The position numbers were made by a program, and so were the translations under genes. Under the pieces are notes generated by a model. That model saw only the letters and a list, made by a program, of their open reading frames with translations. It had not been told where the DNA came from and searched no databases. From Bifidobacteriaceae bacterium (GTDB taxonomy: Bacteria; Actinomycetota; Actinomycetes; Actinomycetales; Bifidobacteriaceae): DNA of 64,000 nucleotides. The DNA lies in contig JALCQC010000009.1 in assembly GCA_022650895.1 (NCBI GenBank), forward strand, positions 477 through 64,476. The letters run 5' to 3'. This document shows positions 10,396 through 19,305 of the stretch, one piece after another; the first letter of the stretch is position 1, and the number at the start of each line of letters is the position of its first letter.

Positions 10396-11036
10396 GAGGG
10401 ACGCGTGACGTCGAGGTGAGTGTCGCAAGCGTCAATGACGCTGTGGTCGTGGGTGGCGATCAGGATGGTGGCACCGCCAGCGGCCATGGTTTTGAGAGTG
10501 TCGATGACCATGGCGGAGTTCACGTCGTCGAGAGCTCCGGTGGGTTCGTCGGCCAGAATGACGTCGGCCTGCTTGACGATGAGCCGGGCGAGGGCGACGC
10601 GTTGCTGCTCGCCGCCGGAGAGTTGGTAGATGGGGCGGTTCTCGTAGCCGGACAGTCCGACGGTGTTCAGGGCGTTTGCCACGGTCTCCTTCCGCTGTTT
10701 TCCTAGGCGTCCGGGCCCCAGCGCGATGCGTAGGTTGAAGGTGACGGTGGCGTTTTCGACGAGGGCGTAGTTCTGGAAGAGGTAGCCCAGGCGGGTCCGT
10801 CGGTAGCGCTGGCATTCGCCCTGCCGTATCCCGGTGAGGGGCTTCCCATCGAGGCTGATGGTTCCGGAGGTGGGTTTCTCCAGCAGTCCGATGCAGTTGA
10901 GGAGGGTGGTCTTGCCCGATCCGGAGGGGCCGGTGATGGCATGGAGCAGGCCGGGTTCGAAGGTAGCGGTCATGTCTGACCAGATGGTGTGGGGGCCGAA
11001 GCTTTTGGTGAGGTTAGTGACGGTGATCATGATCAT
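10392..11036 (-). CDS. ABC transporter ATP-binding protein (MacB/FtsE-like)
   Basis: Walker [10 protein letters not shown], signature [13 protein letters not shown], Walker [12 protein letters not shown]. Confidence 0.9.
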   Translation of the reverse strand: MIMITVTNLTKSFGPHTIWSDMTATFEPGLLHAITGPSGSGKTTLLNCIGLLEKPTSGTISLDGKPLTGIRQGECQRYRRTRLGYLFQNYALVENATVTFNLRIALGPGRLGKQRKETVANALNTVGLSGYENRPIYQLSGGEQQRVALARLIVKQADVILADEPTGALDDVNSAMVIDTLKTMAAGGATILIATHDHSVIDACDTHLDVTRPS

Positions 11037-11051
11037 CGATCCTTTCTTTTA

Positions 11052-13181
11052 TCAGGCGACGTCGGCGCTACGCGCGGCGACGATTCTGTTGGAGCACCAC
11101 ACCACCGCACCCACCAGTACGCCCACGGCACCCACTGCCACGAGCACACCGGCGACGGGGATGATGGCATGGAGTAGGTCGATGGTGCGGCTTGCGGCAG
11201 ATCCCGAAGTGGAGAAGGCTCCCAAAATGGCCCACAGTCCCACGCTCGAGCCAGCGACGATGAGGGTTGTCAGCACCGCATCGAGAATGAAGAGACGCTT
11301 GAACATGGTCGGGTACCGCCATCCGCTGATACGAGCGGCGAAGATGAACTGTGCCCGGCGCCGCGTATAGGTCACTGCCATACCCAAGGTGGTGACCAGT
11401 GCGGCCGTCAAGCCGATGAGAAGATTGAGAACACTGGTGGTCAGGCCCAGATAGGCGTTGGAGAGCCCTGCGGCCACTTCTTGAACGGCGGGGCTAATGC
11501 TGATGACATCACGGGTGAGCTGGGGTTGGGCTTTGGCATCCTCGATGGCTTCCCGCGTGTCCATGACCAGAATACTGCCCCAGGTTGTGTACCCGTAGTA
11601 GTCGTCCGAGGACATGAAAGGTGAGTCGTTGGGCAAGATGACCATGACCGGGTCCTTGGGCATGGACTCAGGCTGGTAGAAGGGATTGAAGTCGGCGGCG
11701 TTATACGTGAAGCGGTCCTGTCCGTCGGGCGCAATGTCCACGTCGATGCGTGGCACGACGGTGGGCTTTCCATCGTCGCCGGAAGCGCGGGATTTCATGT
11801 CCGTATCGATGGCCTCAGTGACCGTTCGGGTCTCGTCCGCATACGCTTTGGGGATGATGACCGTCACTCCGGCGGCGTCCTTTGGCGCATGAACCTGCTT
11901 GCCTTCGGTATCGGTGACCTTCTGCAGGCCGAGATAGGTCTCATTGACATAGAGAACGTCGTAAGGCTGGCCGTGCAGGGTCAGGTCCTTGTTGTCGCTC
12001 GTGCCTGACCCTGGGTTGGCGACGGCTAGAAGAAGCTCGCCCCGCTTGTTCAGTGCCTTTTCCCAAGCACCAATCCGGTCGGCGCTTTTTCTCATGTCGG
12101 ACTGGCCGTCGGCGGAGAAGGTTCCCCCTCCCAGCGTGATCTTACCCAGCCGGGTTGCTCCCTCCCATTGGCCGTAGCGTTGTTGGGCCTTGGCCAGAGC
12201 CACGGCGTCGTTGAGGGCCAAGGCGGAGACGACGAAGACCATGAGCAGGGAGAAGATCCTGACCAGATAGGTCGAGACCAGCATCCCGCGCGAGGAGGAG
12301 GCACCCTTCAACGCCTGCTGCAGAGGAAAACGCCACACCACAAAAAGCGTCAGCGTGTGGACGGCTGCGGCCAGGGCCACGCCCACGACCGCGAAGAGGG
12401 CCCACAAGAGGAGCAGCACTCCGAAATGGTGCCACCGGTTGTAGAAGAAGATGGCGATTCCGGACAAGACGCCCAGAACTCCCAGCAGCTCCAAGTAGAA
12501 CCGTCCCATGGCGGAAGCGTCAAGCAGGAGAGCCCCGCCGCGTCCCCGTCCCTGCAGGCGTTGAATCGCGTAGCCACGGTCGTTGGACGCTACTCCCACC
12601 GCCACGAGGGCCACTAAGAGAACCAGCACTGTCAGCGGTGCCGCCAGAACGGAAAATCCTCCGGTACTGAGAAGGCCGAACATAACGCTGGGATTCGAAG
12701 TGCTTTGAAATCCGGCGTCGGTGAAACCGAACCCATTCAGCAGCTTGACCAGACCTAAAACGTCGGTCTCGGTGCCCGAAACGAAATACTCGCCCGATGG
12801 ACTGGTGTCGAGCGACTGCCTCTCGGAATGGATCCGGTAAGCCATCGAAGGGTTGAAACTCTGGTAGCCGTCCCCCTCCCATCGCTTAGCGAAGGAGTCC
12901 CCCGACGATGCCACCACGTACAAGTGCGACACCATCTGGGGAGTGTCAGGGTCGGCCACGCGCCGAGCCACGTCGACCTTGTGCGCGCGGCCGTAGGAGG
13001 CGATGGCCCTGTTCACCGTGGCCACCGGAACCTGCCCGGAGGAGTCGCCGTCCAGCATCATAAGACGCCAGGAGGGACCCACCGGAGCATACTTCTCATA
13101 GGAGAACAGTAGAAAGAAACTCAATAGTCCCGAGAAGATGCACACCACCACACACGAAAGACGAAGACTCTTATTCAGCAC
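11052..13181 (-). CDS. FtsX-type ABC permease with two large extracytoplasmic domains (BceB/DUF1430-like, peptide-resistance type)
   Basis: 709 aa, GTG start. An N-terminal TM is followed by a ~150-aa loop, a TM cluster, a ~230-aa loop, and a C-terminal TM cluster. Confidence 0.7.
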   Translation of the reverse strand: MLNKSLRLSCVVVCIFSGLLSFFLLFSYEKYAPVGPSWRLMMLDGDSSGQVPVATVNRAIASYGRAHKVDVARRVADPDTPQMVSHLYVVASSGDSFAKRWEGDGYQSFNPSMAYRIHSERQSLDTSPSGEYFVSGTETDVLGLVKLLNGFGFTDAGFQSTSNPSVMFGLLSTGGFSVLAAPLTVLVLLVALVAVGVASNDRGYAIQRLQGRGRGGALLLDASAMGRFYLELLGVLGVLSGIAIFFYNRWHHFGVLLLLWALFAVVGVALAAAVHTLTLFVVWRFPLQQALKGASSSRGMLVSTYLVRIFSLLMVFVVSALALNDAVALAKAQQRYGQWEGATRLGKITLGGGTFSADGQSDMRKSADRIGAWEKALNKRGELLLAVANPGSGTSDNKDLTLHGQPYDVLYVNETYLGLQKVTDTEGKQVHAPKDAAGVTVIIPKAYADETRTVTEAIDTDMKSRASGDDGKPTVVPRIDVDIAPDGQDRFTYNAADFNPFYQPESMPKDPVMVILPNDSPFMSSDDYYGYTTWGSILVMDTREAIEDAKAQPQLTRDVISISPAVQEVAAGLSNAYLGLTTSVLNLLIGLTAALVTTLGMAVTYTRRRAQFIFAARISGWRYPTMFKRLFILDAVLTTLIVAGSSVGLWAILGAFSTSGSAASRTIDLLHAIIPVAGVLVAVGAVGVLVGAVVWCSNRIVAARSADVA

Positions 13182-13456
13182 AATGCCCGACCAATCGCTG
13201 CAGTGCCAACCACTGTGGATTCTCTCAGATTTTTCATGATTAGCCTCTACTTTTATAAGCTTTTATAACGTCGTTGTTATAGTTCTTCTCTCACCACGAG
13301 TGTGCATAAGAAATACTCACTTATGACTGAGCATACGCCTTGAAATTACCGTATGCTTGGCTTCAACAAAACTTATCGACACGACGCATGGAGCGCATAT
13401 CAAAAAGTTCTGACGGAGCATTTCGTTCCGTCACCGCACCAGCGAAAGGTGGCACC

Positions 13457-14209
13457 ATGATCGACCAAGAATACCTGCGAGATTCCTTCGACGCAGTGGC
13501 GCCATCGTATGGCGCAGCGGTTGATGAGGTCGGCCTATGGCAATCCGAACACTATGTGATAGACCGTTATTTCCATACCGACGACTCCATTCTGGACATT
13601 GGATGCGGGGCCGGGCGCACTACGTTCGCCCTGTATGCGGAGGGGTATCACCGAATAATCGGCATGGATCTCTCCACAAAAATGATCGAACTGGCCACTG
13701 CGATGGGCACTCGCAAAAGCATGCCGATCACCTTCCTTGAGGGTGACTGCGAGAGAATTCCCTTCCCCGACGAGACCTATGACGTGGTCATGTTCTCTTT
13801 CAATGGGTTGATGCAGATACCGGAGCACCAGCATCGCGCGACGGCGTTGAAGGAAATGCTCCGCGTCGTGCGCCCCCAAGGGATGGTGGTGTTCACCACG
13901 CATGATCGTGACTCCGGAGGCAAGGAATTCGATGAATTCTGGAAACGGGAGCGATGTACGTGGGCGCACGGCGAGCAGGATGCGAGGCTGTTTGAGTTCG
14001 GCGATATCTTCGCCATCGACCCGAGTGCGAACGAAGAATATTTCATCCATATCCCAGATTGCGACGAAATTAAAACCCTGATATCGGCATGCGGCGGCAC
14101 CGTGATAGAGACCTTCATGCGGTCGAGCCGTTTCAACGAAACCGCTGCCGTTCAGGATTTCTCTTCCGACTGCCGTTTCTGGATTGTTGGCAAGAGCAGC
14201 GAAGCATAA
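13457..14209 (+). CDS. Class I SAM-dependent methyltransferase
   Basis: Motif I ILDIGCGAGRTT. I prefer ATG 13457 (GAAAGGTGG upstream); 13388 or 13340 are alternatives. Confidence 0.8.
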   Translation: MIDQEYLRDSFDAVAPSYGAAVDEVGLWQSEHYVIDRYFHTDDSILDIGCGAGRTTFALYAEGYHRIIGMDLSTKMIELATAMGTRKSMPITFLEGDCERIPFPDETYDVVMFSFNGLMQIPEHQHRATALKEMLRVVRPQGMVVFTTHDRDSGGKEFDEFWKRERCTWAHGEQDARLFEFGDIFAIDPSANEEYFIHIPDCDEIKTLISACGGTVIETFMRSSRFNETAAVQDFSSDCRFWIVGKSSEA

Positions 14210-14378
14210 CTTCCGGAAGAGTGCACAGCCAACGTTGCCGCGAGCGCAGAAGGATACGATCGTGAAGTGAAATTTCCCTTGTCTTTTACGGATCTCATGA
14301 CTGTGCTGCTACGCGCCTTGCTCCAGCCATGCGCTGGGTACCTGCCCGTATGCACATTACGCCCGGCAACCCTCAGAA

Positions 14379-16385
14379 TTACCAACTTGAGGTGCCACCG
14401 CCGCCGCCAAAGCCTCCGCCACCAAACGAATCCCCGCCGCCACCGTCACCAGAGCCCTCGGAGTACCAGTTGTCTCTGTGATTCGTATACATGGAACTCG
14501 TCCTGTAAAGCGACGTTGTTTTAAACGTATCGAGGAACTTCTCGCAGGTCACCCAACCAAACGCAAAAGCCATGCTGTAATAGTCAGGAAGCGGTGGCTT
14601 TTCCTTACGACCCCATTTCTTCTGAACATTTTGGCCATCCGCTCTTGCAGCCGCCGAATCAAGACGCTTCTGCAGCCTTTCTTTAGCCATTGTCAGTTGA
14701 GAATCCGGTTTCATCAACCGCACCGCCAACTCGCTAGGACTCGGCGCATTCGGCAGCTCCGCTCGCAGATCATTTAGGTAGTCATAAATCATGCGATGAA
14801 GGCGCAAGCGCTGCTGCGCGGCCAGTCCCCACATGCCGACTGTCATCATGATGGTATAAAAAATCAGCATGAGAGCCGCCACCGCGGAAAGTATGTGCAA
14901 TGGCGCCGCAAGAGGAGTGAACGCCTGCGACAGTACACGCAATATTGTGTCTTTGAAATTTTCTAGCTGCAACAGTTGAAGTGGGCTCAGCTGCTCTGGA
15001 ATCACTATCGATCCAATGATGACGGCAGGAATCCATACCCGAAGAGTGGTCAGCCAACGGAGCAGAAACCAGCAAGTATGAGTGAGAGGACTCATGAGGT
15101 ATGGGCGGACATCGTTGGGATCGGGTTCTTTTCTCAGATGTTTGAAAAAATTTCTCGCCGAGTGCAGAGAAGATTCAGTACCGCCGGTATACCAGTCTTT
15201 GTGCTGGAAGTACATGCTACTGTTCTCAAACTTCTTGATTGGCGGGATTTTAGTCTCTAAAATGCTAGTCTCGCTTGATGGCCTTGTGGTCTTTAAAAAA
15301 GTTTTTGCATCTATCACACCGAACGCAAAATCCATGCTGTAATAGTCGGGCATCGTTGCGACGAAATCAGCCGAATACCTGCCACGAGGATTGATGCGCG
15401 CACGCAAGGTAGCTTTTGCTGCCGCCGCCCTTTCGGGGTGCGTCGCCAACGTCATGGGATCGAGACTGGAATCGATAGCCACGAGGTCACGGACATACTT
15501 TCGTCTCAGATCATCCAAACGCACCTGCCGACGCAGTCGGGCCCCGAGCTGGTACAAACCATACGTTGCAGCAGCGATTATCGCGATCACGACTGCAAGG
15601 ATGTAAATATTCTGAGGCGTATTGAGCCACATCCATACCCAGCGCATCGGGTGGAAGCCCCCTGACGTCTGCCCTGCGGAAACGGCAGTCGTATCGACGA
15701 AGCCAACGCTGCCGGTCGTTATCAGGTTATCAAGCCGTTTGGTTACCAACTTCACGCCGGCGTCGTAGTTATTCTGGCGATAGTCATTTTTGACTGTTTC
15801 GTCCGTCACAAGATCGGTCATGGAGTTGGGAATTTGCCCCTCCATTCCATAGCCGACCTCTAACCGCGCCTGCCGCTGATTCTTCGCAATCAAATAGACG
15901 ACTCCGCTATCCTGGGAAGCATCGCCGACGCCCAACTGGTTCGCCATTCTCAAGGTGAAGGATTCGATGGTGTCTCCCACTGGCACGGAATCAACGGTGA
16001 TCACCATGAGCTGGGGGCGTTTGGGCAGCAGCTTATAATACTCATTCAGCTGATGAATTTCCGTCTTAGTGTCGTCGCTCAATAAGTGCGCGTTATCCGA
16101 AACGAAAATATTGTCAGGATCGATTTTCACAGTGCTATTACCCACAAATGACTGCGCCACAGAGGCAACCATCATCACTATCACCATGATCGCACCAATG
16201 ATGATGATGCCGCGGCAACCGAACCATCCACCGAATTGAAACAAGCGTCTCTTCCACGTCGGTAGCGGCATCGGCGTCGGTATCGATGATCCGCCTATTA
16301 TTCGTATTCGCGAAATCATAAGCTCAGCCCTCTTCATTGCAAGCGATACAAGCAAATGTAGCCTATGGAATGCGCGGGCGGCCAC
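14379..16385 (-). CDS. TPM-domain membrane protein with a duplicated C-terminal module and poly-Gly tail
   Basis: TPM-like block DNAHLLSDDTKTEIHQLNEY...LEVGYGMEG follows an N-terminal TM. C-terminus is GGGGDSFGGGGFGGGGGTSSW. Start uncertain (Met at 16385, 16337 or 16319). Confidence 0.7.
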   Translation of the reverse strand: MAARAFHRLHLLVSLAMKRAELMISRIRIIGGSSIPTPMPLPTWKRRLFQFGGWFGCRGIIIIGAIMVIVMMVASVAQSFVGNSTVKIDPDNIFVSDNAHLLSDDTKTEIHQLNEYYKLLPKRPQLMVITVDSVPVGDTIESFTLRMANQLGVGDASQDSGVVYLIAKNQRQARLEVGYGMEGQIPNSMTDLVTDETVKNDYRQNNYDAGVKLVTKRLDNLITTGSVGFVDTTAVSAGQTSGGFHPMRWVWMWLNTPQNIYILAVVIAIIAAATYGLYQLGARLRRQVRLDDLRRKYVRDLVAIDSSLDPMTLATHPERAAAAKATLRARINPRGRYSADFVATMPDYYSMDFAFGVIDAKTFLKTTRPSSETSILETKIPPIKKFENSSMYFQHKDWYTGGTESSLHSARNFFKHLRKEPDPNDVRPYLMSPLTHTCWFLLRWLTTLRVWIPAVIIGSIVIPEQLSPLQLLQLENFKDTILRVLSQAFTPLAAPLHILSAVAALMLIFYTIMMTVGMWGLAAQQRLRLHRMIYDYLNDLRAELPNAPSPSELAVRLMKPDSQLTMAKERLQKRLDSAAARADGQNVQKKWGRKEKPPLPDYYSMAFAFGWVTCEKFLDTFKTTSLYRTSSMYTNHRDNWYSEGSGDGGGGDSFGGGGFGGGGGTSSW

Positions 16386-16896
16386 TGTAACGTAGACGGT
16401 CCTCAGATGAATCTGCGGAACCTCCCGAGTCTTCTGAGCCTTCGGAACTTACAGAGCCTTGGGCATCACAATAATGAAGGCAATAATTCAGGGGATAAAC
16501 GCTGTTCATCGATGTTCGGAAACTGCCCAGCGCGTATTGCTCCGCTGCGGGTGCGGGAAAACTTAGGATTACGATACCTTCCTAGAAGACTCACGAGTTC
16601 ACCTTATGAATGAGGAGTAATCCTCCGAAGGTTCGAATCTCTCCTTCACCGCTATAGTTTCTCTCCCAACTTGCGGAAAAACTGACTCGGCCTTTGCAAG
16701 TCGAGACGGAGCTGAATGCCGCTGCAGGGCTCCCCGCCCAAGCTCAGTGGTCGTCCTATCACTCTGTACTTTCCGCATACTCGCCTTATATCCTCATCCG
16801 CTTTTAGATTATTGGAACTGTGCAGCCGGAGGAGGCTACGATAGAGGAGCTTTCGGAGTTCTTCTCCAATCACAGCAGCAAAGGAGCTGGGATTAC

Positions 16897-17211
16897 ATGA
16901 AATGTTCATTTTGCAGGTTTAAGAACGCAAAAGGAACTCGCTTCTGTCAGAGATGCGGAAGAGCGCTGAGGGGCCGTCGGTTTCTTTCATCCGCCCAAGG
17001 AGGTGTCATCGCCTCGATGGCCAATCCAGCTCTTGGCCTGGCAACGTTTGTCGGAATGCAGATAGATCAGACGTCGAAAAGTACGATGAGACGACAAAGA
17101 TTGGCGAAAGTATCTCCTCTAGAGGGTGGGCGGTGGTATTGCCCCGACTGTGGCTACCTAAACCGGAAATTTGATATTTATTGCTCGGGTTGCGGTAGAG
17201 AATTCGTCTAA
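16897..17211 (+). CDS. Double zinc-ribbon protein (104 aa)
   Basis: ATG 16897 lies 10 nt after AAGGAG. Motifs CSFC..x11..CQRC at the N-terminus and CPDC..x11..CSGC at the C-terminus. The longer track ORF (16747) has no RBS. Confidence 0.6.
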   Translation: MKCSFCRFKNAKGTRFCQRCGRALRGRRFLSSAQGGVIASMANPALGLATFVGMQIDQTSKSTMRRQRLAKVSPLEGGRWYCPDCGYLNRKFDIYCSGCGREFV

Positions 17212-17239
17212 AATTCACCCCTGCTTGCGCGGGGAAAGC
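17212..17239 (-). repeat. Fossil CRISPR repeat (aattcacccctgcttgcgcggggaaagc)
   Basis: Roughly three quarters of positions match the array repeat, in the same orientation. It starts 1 nt after the zinc-ribbon gene stop. Confidence 0.7.
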
Positions 17240-17357
17240 GTGGCGACAGGAACGACCAGAATCCAGCTATCCCGACCAGAATCAAGGATTTGGGAGGCCA
17301 TACTTTTCAACCAAAGAAAGATTGTGAACCGCATAAGAAACAGATATCTTGAAGGTA

Positions 17358-17507
17358 AGTAGTCGGTGACCTCCCCCGTTACCCTGAAAACCTTTCTGCA
17401 TGAGGCAGGTATTGGGGTGCAGGCCGACGCTGGCAGTGAGTGATAGTAAAACTAGAAGTGCAGGCGCTGTCCGCCCGGTGTTGAACAGGATTCGCACCGG
17501 GCATTTT
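17358..17507 (+). repeat. IR-L: 150-bp left copy of an imperfect inverted repeat; possible ~150-nt sRNA gene
   Basis: Aligns with the reverse complement of 18389-18538. Block identities: 5' 40 nt with 2 mismatches, central 20 nt identical, 3' 46 nt identical. TTGTGA-17 nt-TATCTT ends 7 nt before 17358. Hairpin GCCCGGTG(14 nt)CACCGGGC + ATTTT lies at 17472-17507. Confidence 0.8.
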
Positions 17508-17739
17508 CATGCCTTGGATCGAACCGCTCGCACAGGGAATACGCCACTGAGCCTCACGAACTCACCCACGATTCACGCACCCGAATCACTCGCAGGGAAG
17601 CTGGAAATCTCGTCACATTGCACGGTAGAGGCTAAAATCGAATCGACCTCATGCGAATCAACGCTGATTCCGGGGGAAGAACGCAAAAATGAAAAAAATC
17701 AATTATCCCTCGGGTAGATCTCCAGTTGAGTGTCTATGC

Positions 17740-17828
17740 CGAGTTCGCCCCGGTTACGCTGGGAAAATCAGGAGAGCGAGAACCTTACTATCGAACGCAC
17801 AGATTCATCCCGCTCGTACGAGGAAGAC
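17740..17828 (-). repeat. Two fossil CRISPR repeats about 60 bp apart (17740-17769, 17800-17828)
   Basis: cgagttcgccccggttacgctgggaaaatc and cagattcatcccgctcgtacgaggaagac. Same orientation as the array and array-like spacing. Confidence 0.55.
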
Positions 17829-17871
17829 TGAGCTACTTTACTGAAGCGGCGTCTTATGTCTTCCTAGTTTT

Positions 17872-18120
17872 TCATCTGGCGAGATCGGGATAGGCTTGCT
17901 CAATGAGATCCCTGTTCTCAGGGTCGACAACGGCCAAAGCTTTGAGAATCAAATCTAGGGGTATCTCGTAATCCTGTTGCGGTGCTGCCGTGACGATGGA
18001 GAGTATAGGACCCTCCGGCTCCCCGGCCTTTATCGCTTGATTCAGAACCCATTTGGTTTCCGAATCGAGATATGGGGAAGCAATATCATAGAGCGCCACA
18101 GCAAGCTGCTGTTCATCCAT
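17872..18120 (-). CDS. 82-aa acidic hypothetical protein
   Basis: Internal ATG (complement 18118-18120) lies 6 nt after GAAGGAG. Sequence MDEQQLAVALYDIASPYLDSETKW...DPENRDLIEQAYPDLAR. The longer 154-aa track ORF lacks an RBS and is Cys/Ser-rich. Confidence 0.5.
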   Translation of the reverse strand: MDEQQLAVALYDIASPYLDSETKWVLNQAIKAGEPEGPILSIVTAAPQQDYEIPLDLILKALAVVDPENRDLIEQAYPDLAR

Positions 18121-18388
18121 CGCTGCTCCTTCCCCGGAAGATTGATGGGACGACGCGCAGTGTCTATCCAGTGGCGGTTCTTCCCGATAATCATTTACAC
18201 TTCTACACTCGCTCTGACCTGCTGCCACTTTACGTCGGTACTCGATACAGTTCGTCTCGGATTGTGTAGAGAAACTTTCTCCCGTCGTCTCGATGGACAT
18301 GAGACCATGGCACTTACTCGATCCACAGAGGCTCATCGAGCGAAAAACTGAGAAGATCGAAATTGATTATGCACAGTATGAAGAGTAC

Positions 18389-18538
18389 AAAATGCCCGGT
18401 GCGAATCCTGTTCAACACCGGGCGGACAGCGCCTACGCTCCTAGAATCCACTATTCATCACTGCCAGCGTCGGCCTGCCCCCTTTACCTGCCCCGCGTAG
18501 AAGGGTTTTCAGGGTAACGGGGTAGGTCACCGACTACT
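18389..18538 (-). repeat. IR-R: right copy of the 150-bp inverted repeat; possible convergent sRNA paralogue
   Basis: See IR-L. On the - strand TATTCT (complement 18546-18551) ends 7 nt before the repeat, the same spacing as IR-L. The hairpin and T-run point inward and end at 18389. Confidence 0.8.
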
Positions 18539-18566
18539 CATCTTTAGAATACTCGTATGATCCTTT

Positions 18567-18596
18567 CGGGTTCACCCCCGCTTACGCGGGAAGGAC
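18567..18596 (-). repeat. Fossil CRISPR repeat (cgggttcacccccgcttacgcgggaaggac)
   Basis: Close match to the array repeat with one inserted G. It overlaps the -35 position of the IR-R promoter candidate. Confidence 0.75.
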
Positions 18597-18857
18597 CTCA
18601 CACCCACGACTTACATCAGAAGATGCACAGCACTCACAGCAGATTATGAAAGTTCATGGAAGCCCAGGTCCTTTGTCTGTCACTAATTCTGATGACAGAA
18701 CCCGCCTTGCTTGATATGCGAATATTGTTCACATTGCCTTGTCCGTTTTATAGACGAAGAGAAACAGGATGATAGGTGTAAAATAGCAACCGACACAATG
18801 GCGTTGTCTTCCGATTTCAATAACAAAAATAAGTTTCCAATTGAGTAGGGATCAATT

Positions 18858-19202
18858 ATGATCAAGACACAGAGACGAGCGGCTTATTTCCCATGGGGCG
18901 AGATGCTTTTCACCGGCGGACTCATTGGCATGTGGACGGAATTCAACCAAGCCGATTTCTATCTTCCTGCTCTGATATTCTCGATTCTGTTGGGTCTTGT
19001 TGGACTATTCCTCGCGATGGTACGAACTATTCAACTAAGGCACCGATTTCCCAAACTATGGATTGAACCTCTCTGGTTCTGTTCACTTATCCTTGTGGGG
19101 AGTCTTTTAGAACACCAAGCTTTCTGGGCGTATGTTGCAGTGATTCTTGCCGCCACCGGATACGCTTTGAGAATTCACTTCCTTATGCAAGAGGCTCACT
19201 AA
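18858..19202 (+). CDS. Small membrane protein (114 aa, 3-4 TM), unknown function
   Basis: Hydrophobic helices LFTGGLIGMW, LPALIFSILLGLVGLFLAMV, LWFCSLILVGSLL and AYVAVILAATGYAL. Preceded by a visibly AT-rich region and GAGTAGGGA. Confidence 0.55.
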   Translation: MIKTQRRAAYFPWGEMLFTGGLIGMWTEFNQADFYLPALIFSILLGLVGLFLAMVRTIQLRHRFPKLWIEPLWFCSLILVGSLLEHQAFWAYVAVILAATGYALRIHFLMQEAH

Positions 19203-19305
19203 CCTCCGAGCTCACCTTTCAGATTCTAGCTAGGTATAGTTAGCTCAACCTTGAGATTCCAAGCACGGTTTATCGCGCCTGCCACTAATTCCCGATTGTG
19301 CACAG

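Noticed and set aside
16562-16654. Functional tRNA gene
   Set aside because: Only the variable arm, T arm and 3' acceptor strand can be drawn. The T stem has a mismatch, there is no 5' acceptor strand or D arm, and the anticodon arm does not fold. It is kept only as a possible att or pseudo-tRNA scar.
16652-16909. 85-aa - strand ORF between the TPM gene and the zinc-ribbon gene
   Set aside because: It has no RBS, overlaps the promoter and RBS of the better-supported + strand zinc-ribbon gene, and has Arg/Leu/Ser-rich composition.
17350-18546. The IR-bounded 1.2-kb segment as a classical transposon or MITE
   Set aside because: No target-site duplication flanks the repeats (left flank ...cttgaaggta, right flank catctttaga...). 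There is no transposase inside, and 150-bp diverged-in-the-middle ends are atypical for TIRs. It remains an alternative in the finding.
18597-18625. Another fossil repeat directly abutting the one at 18567 (ctcacacccacgacttacatcagaagat)
   Set aside because: The resemblance is weak, and there is no spacer-length gap from the preceding unit. This is not convincing.
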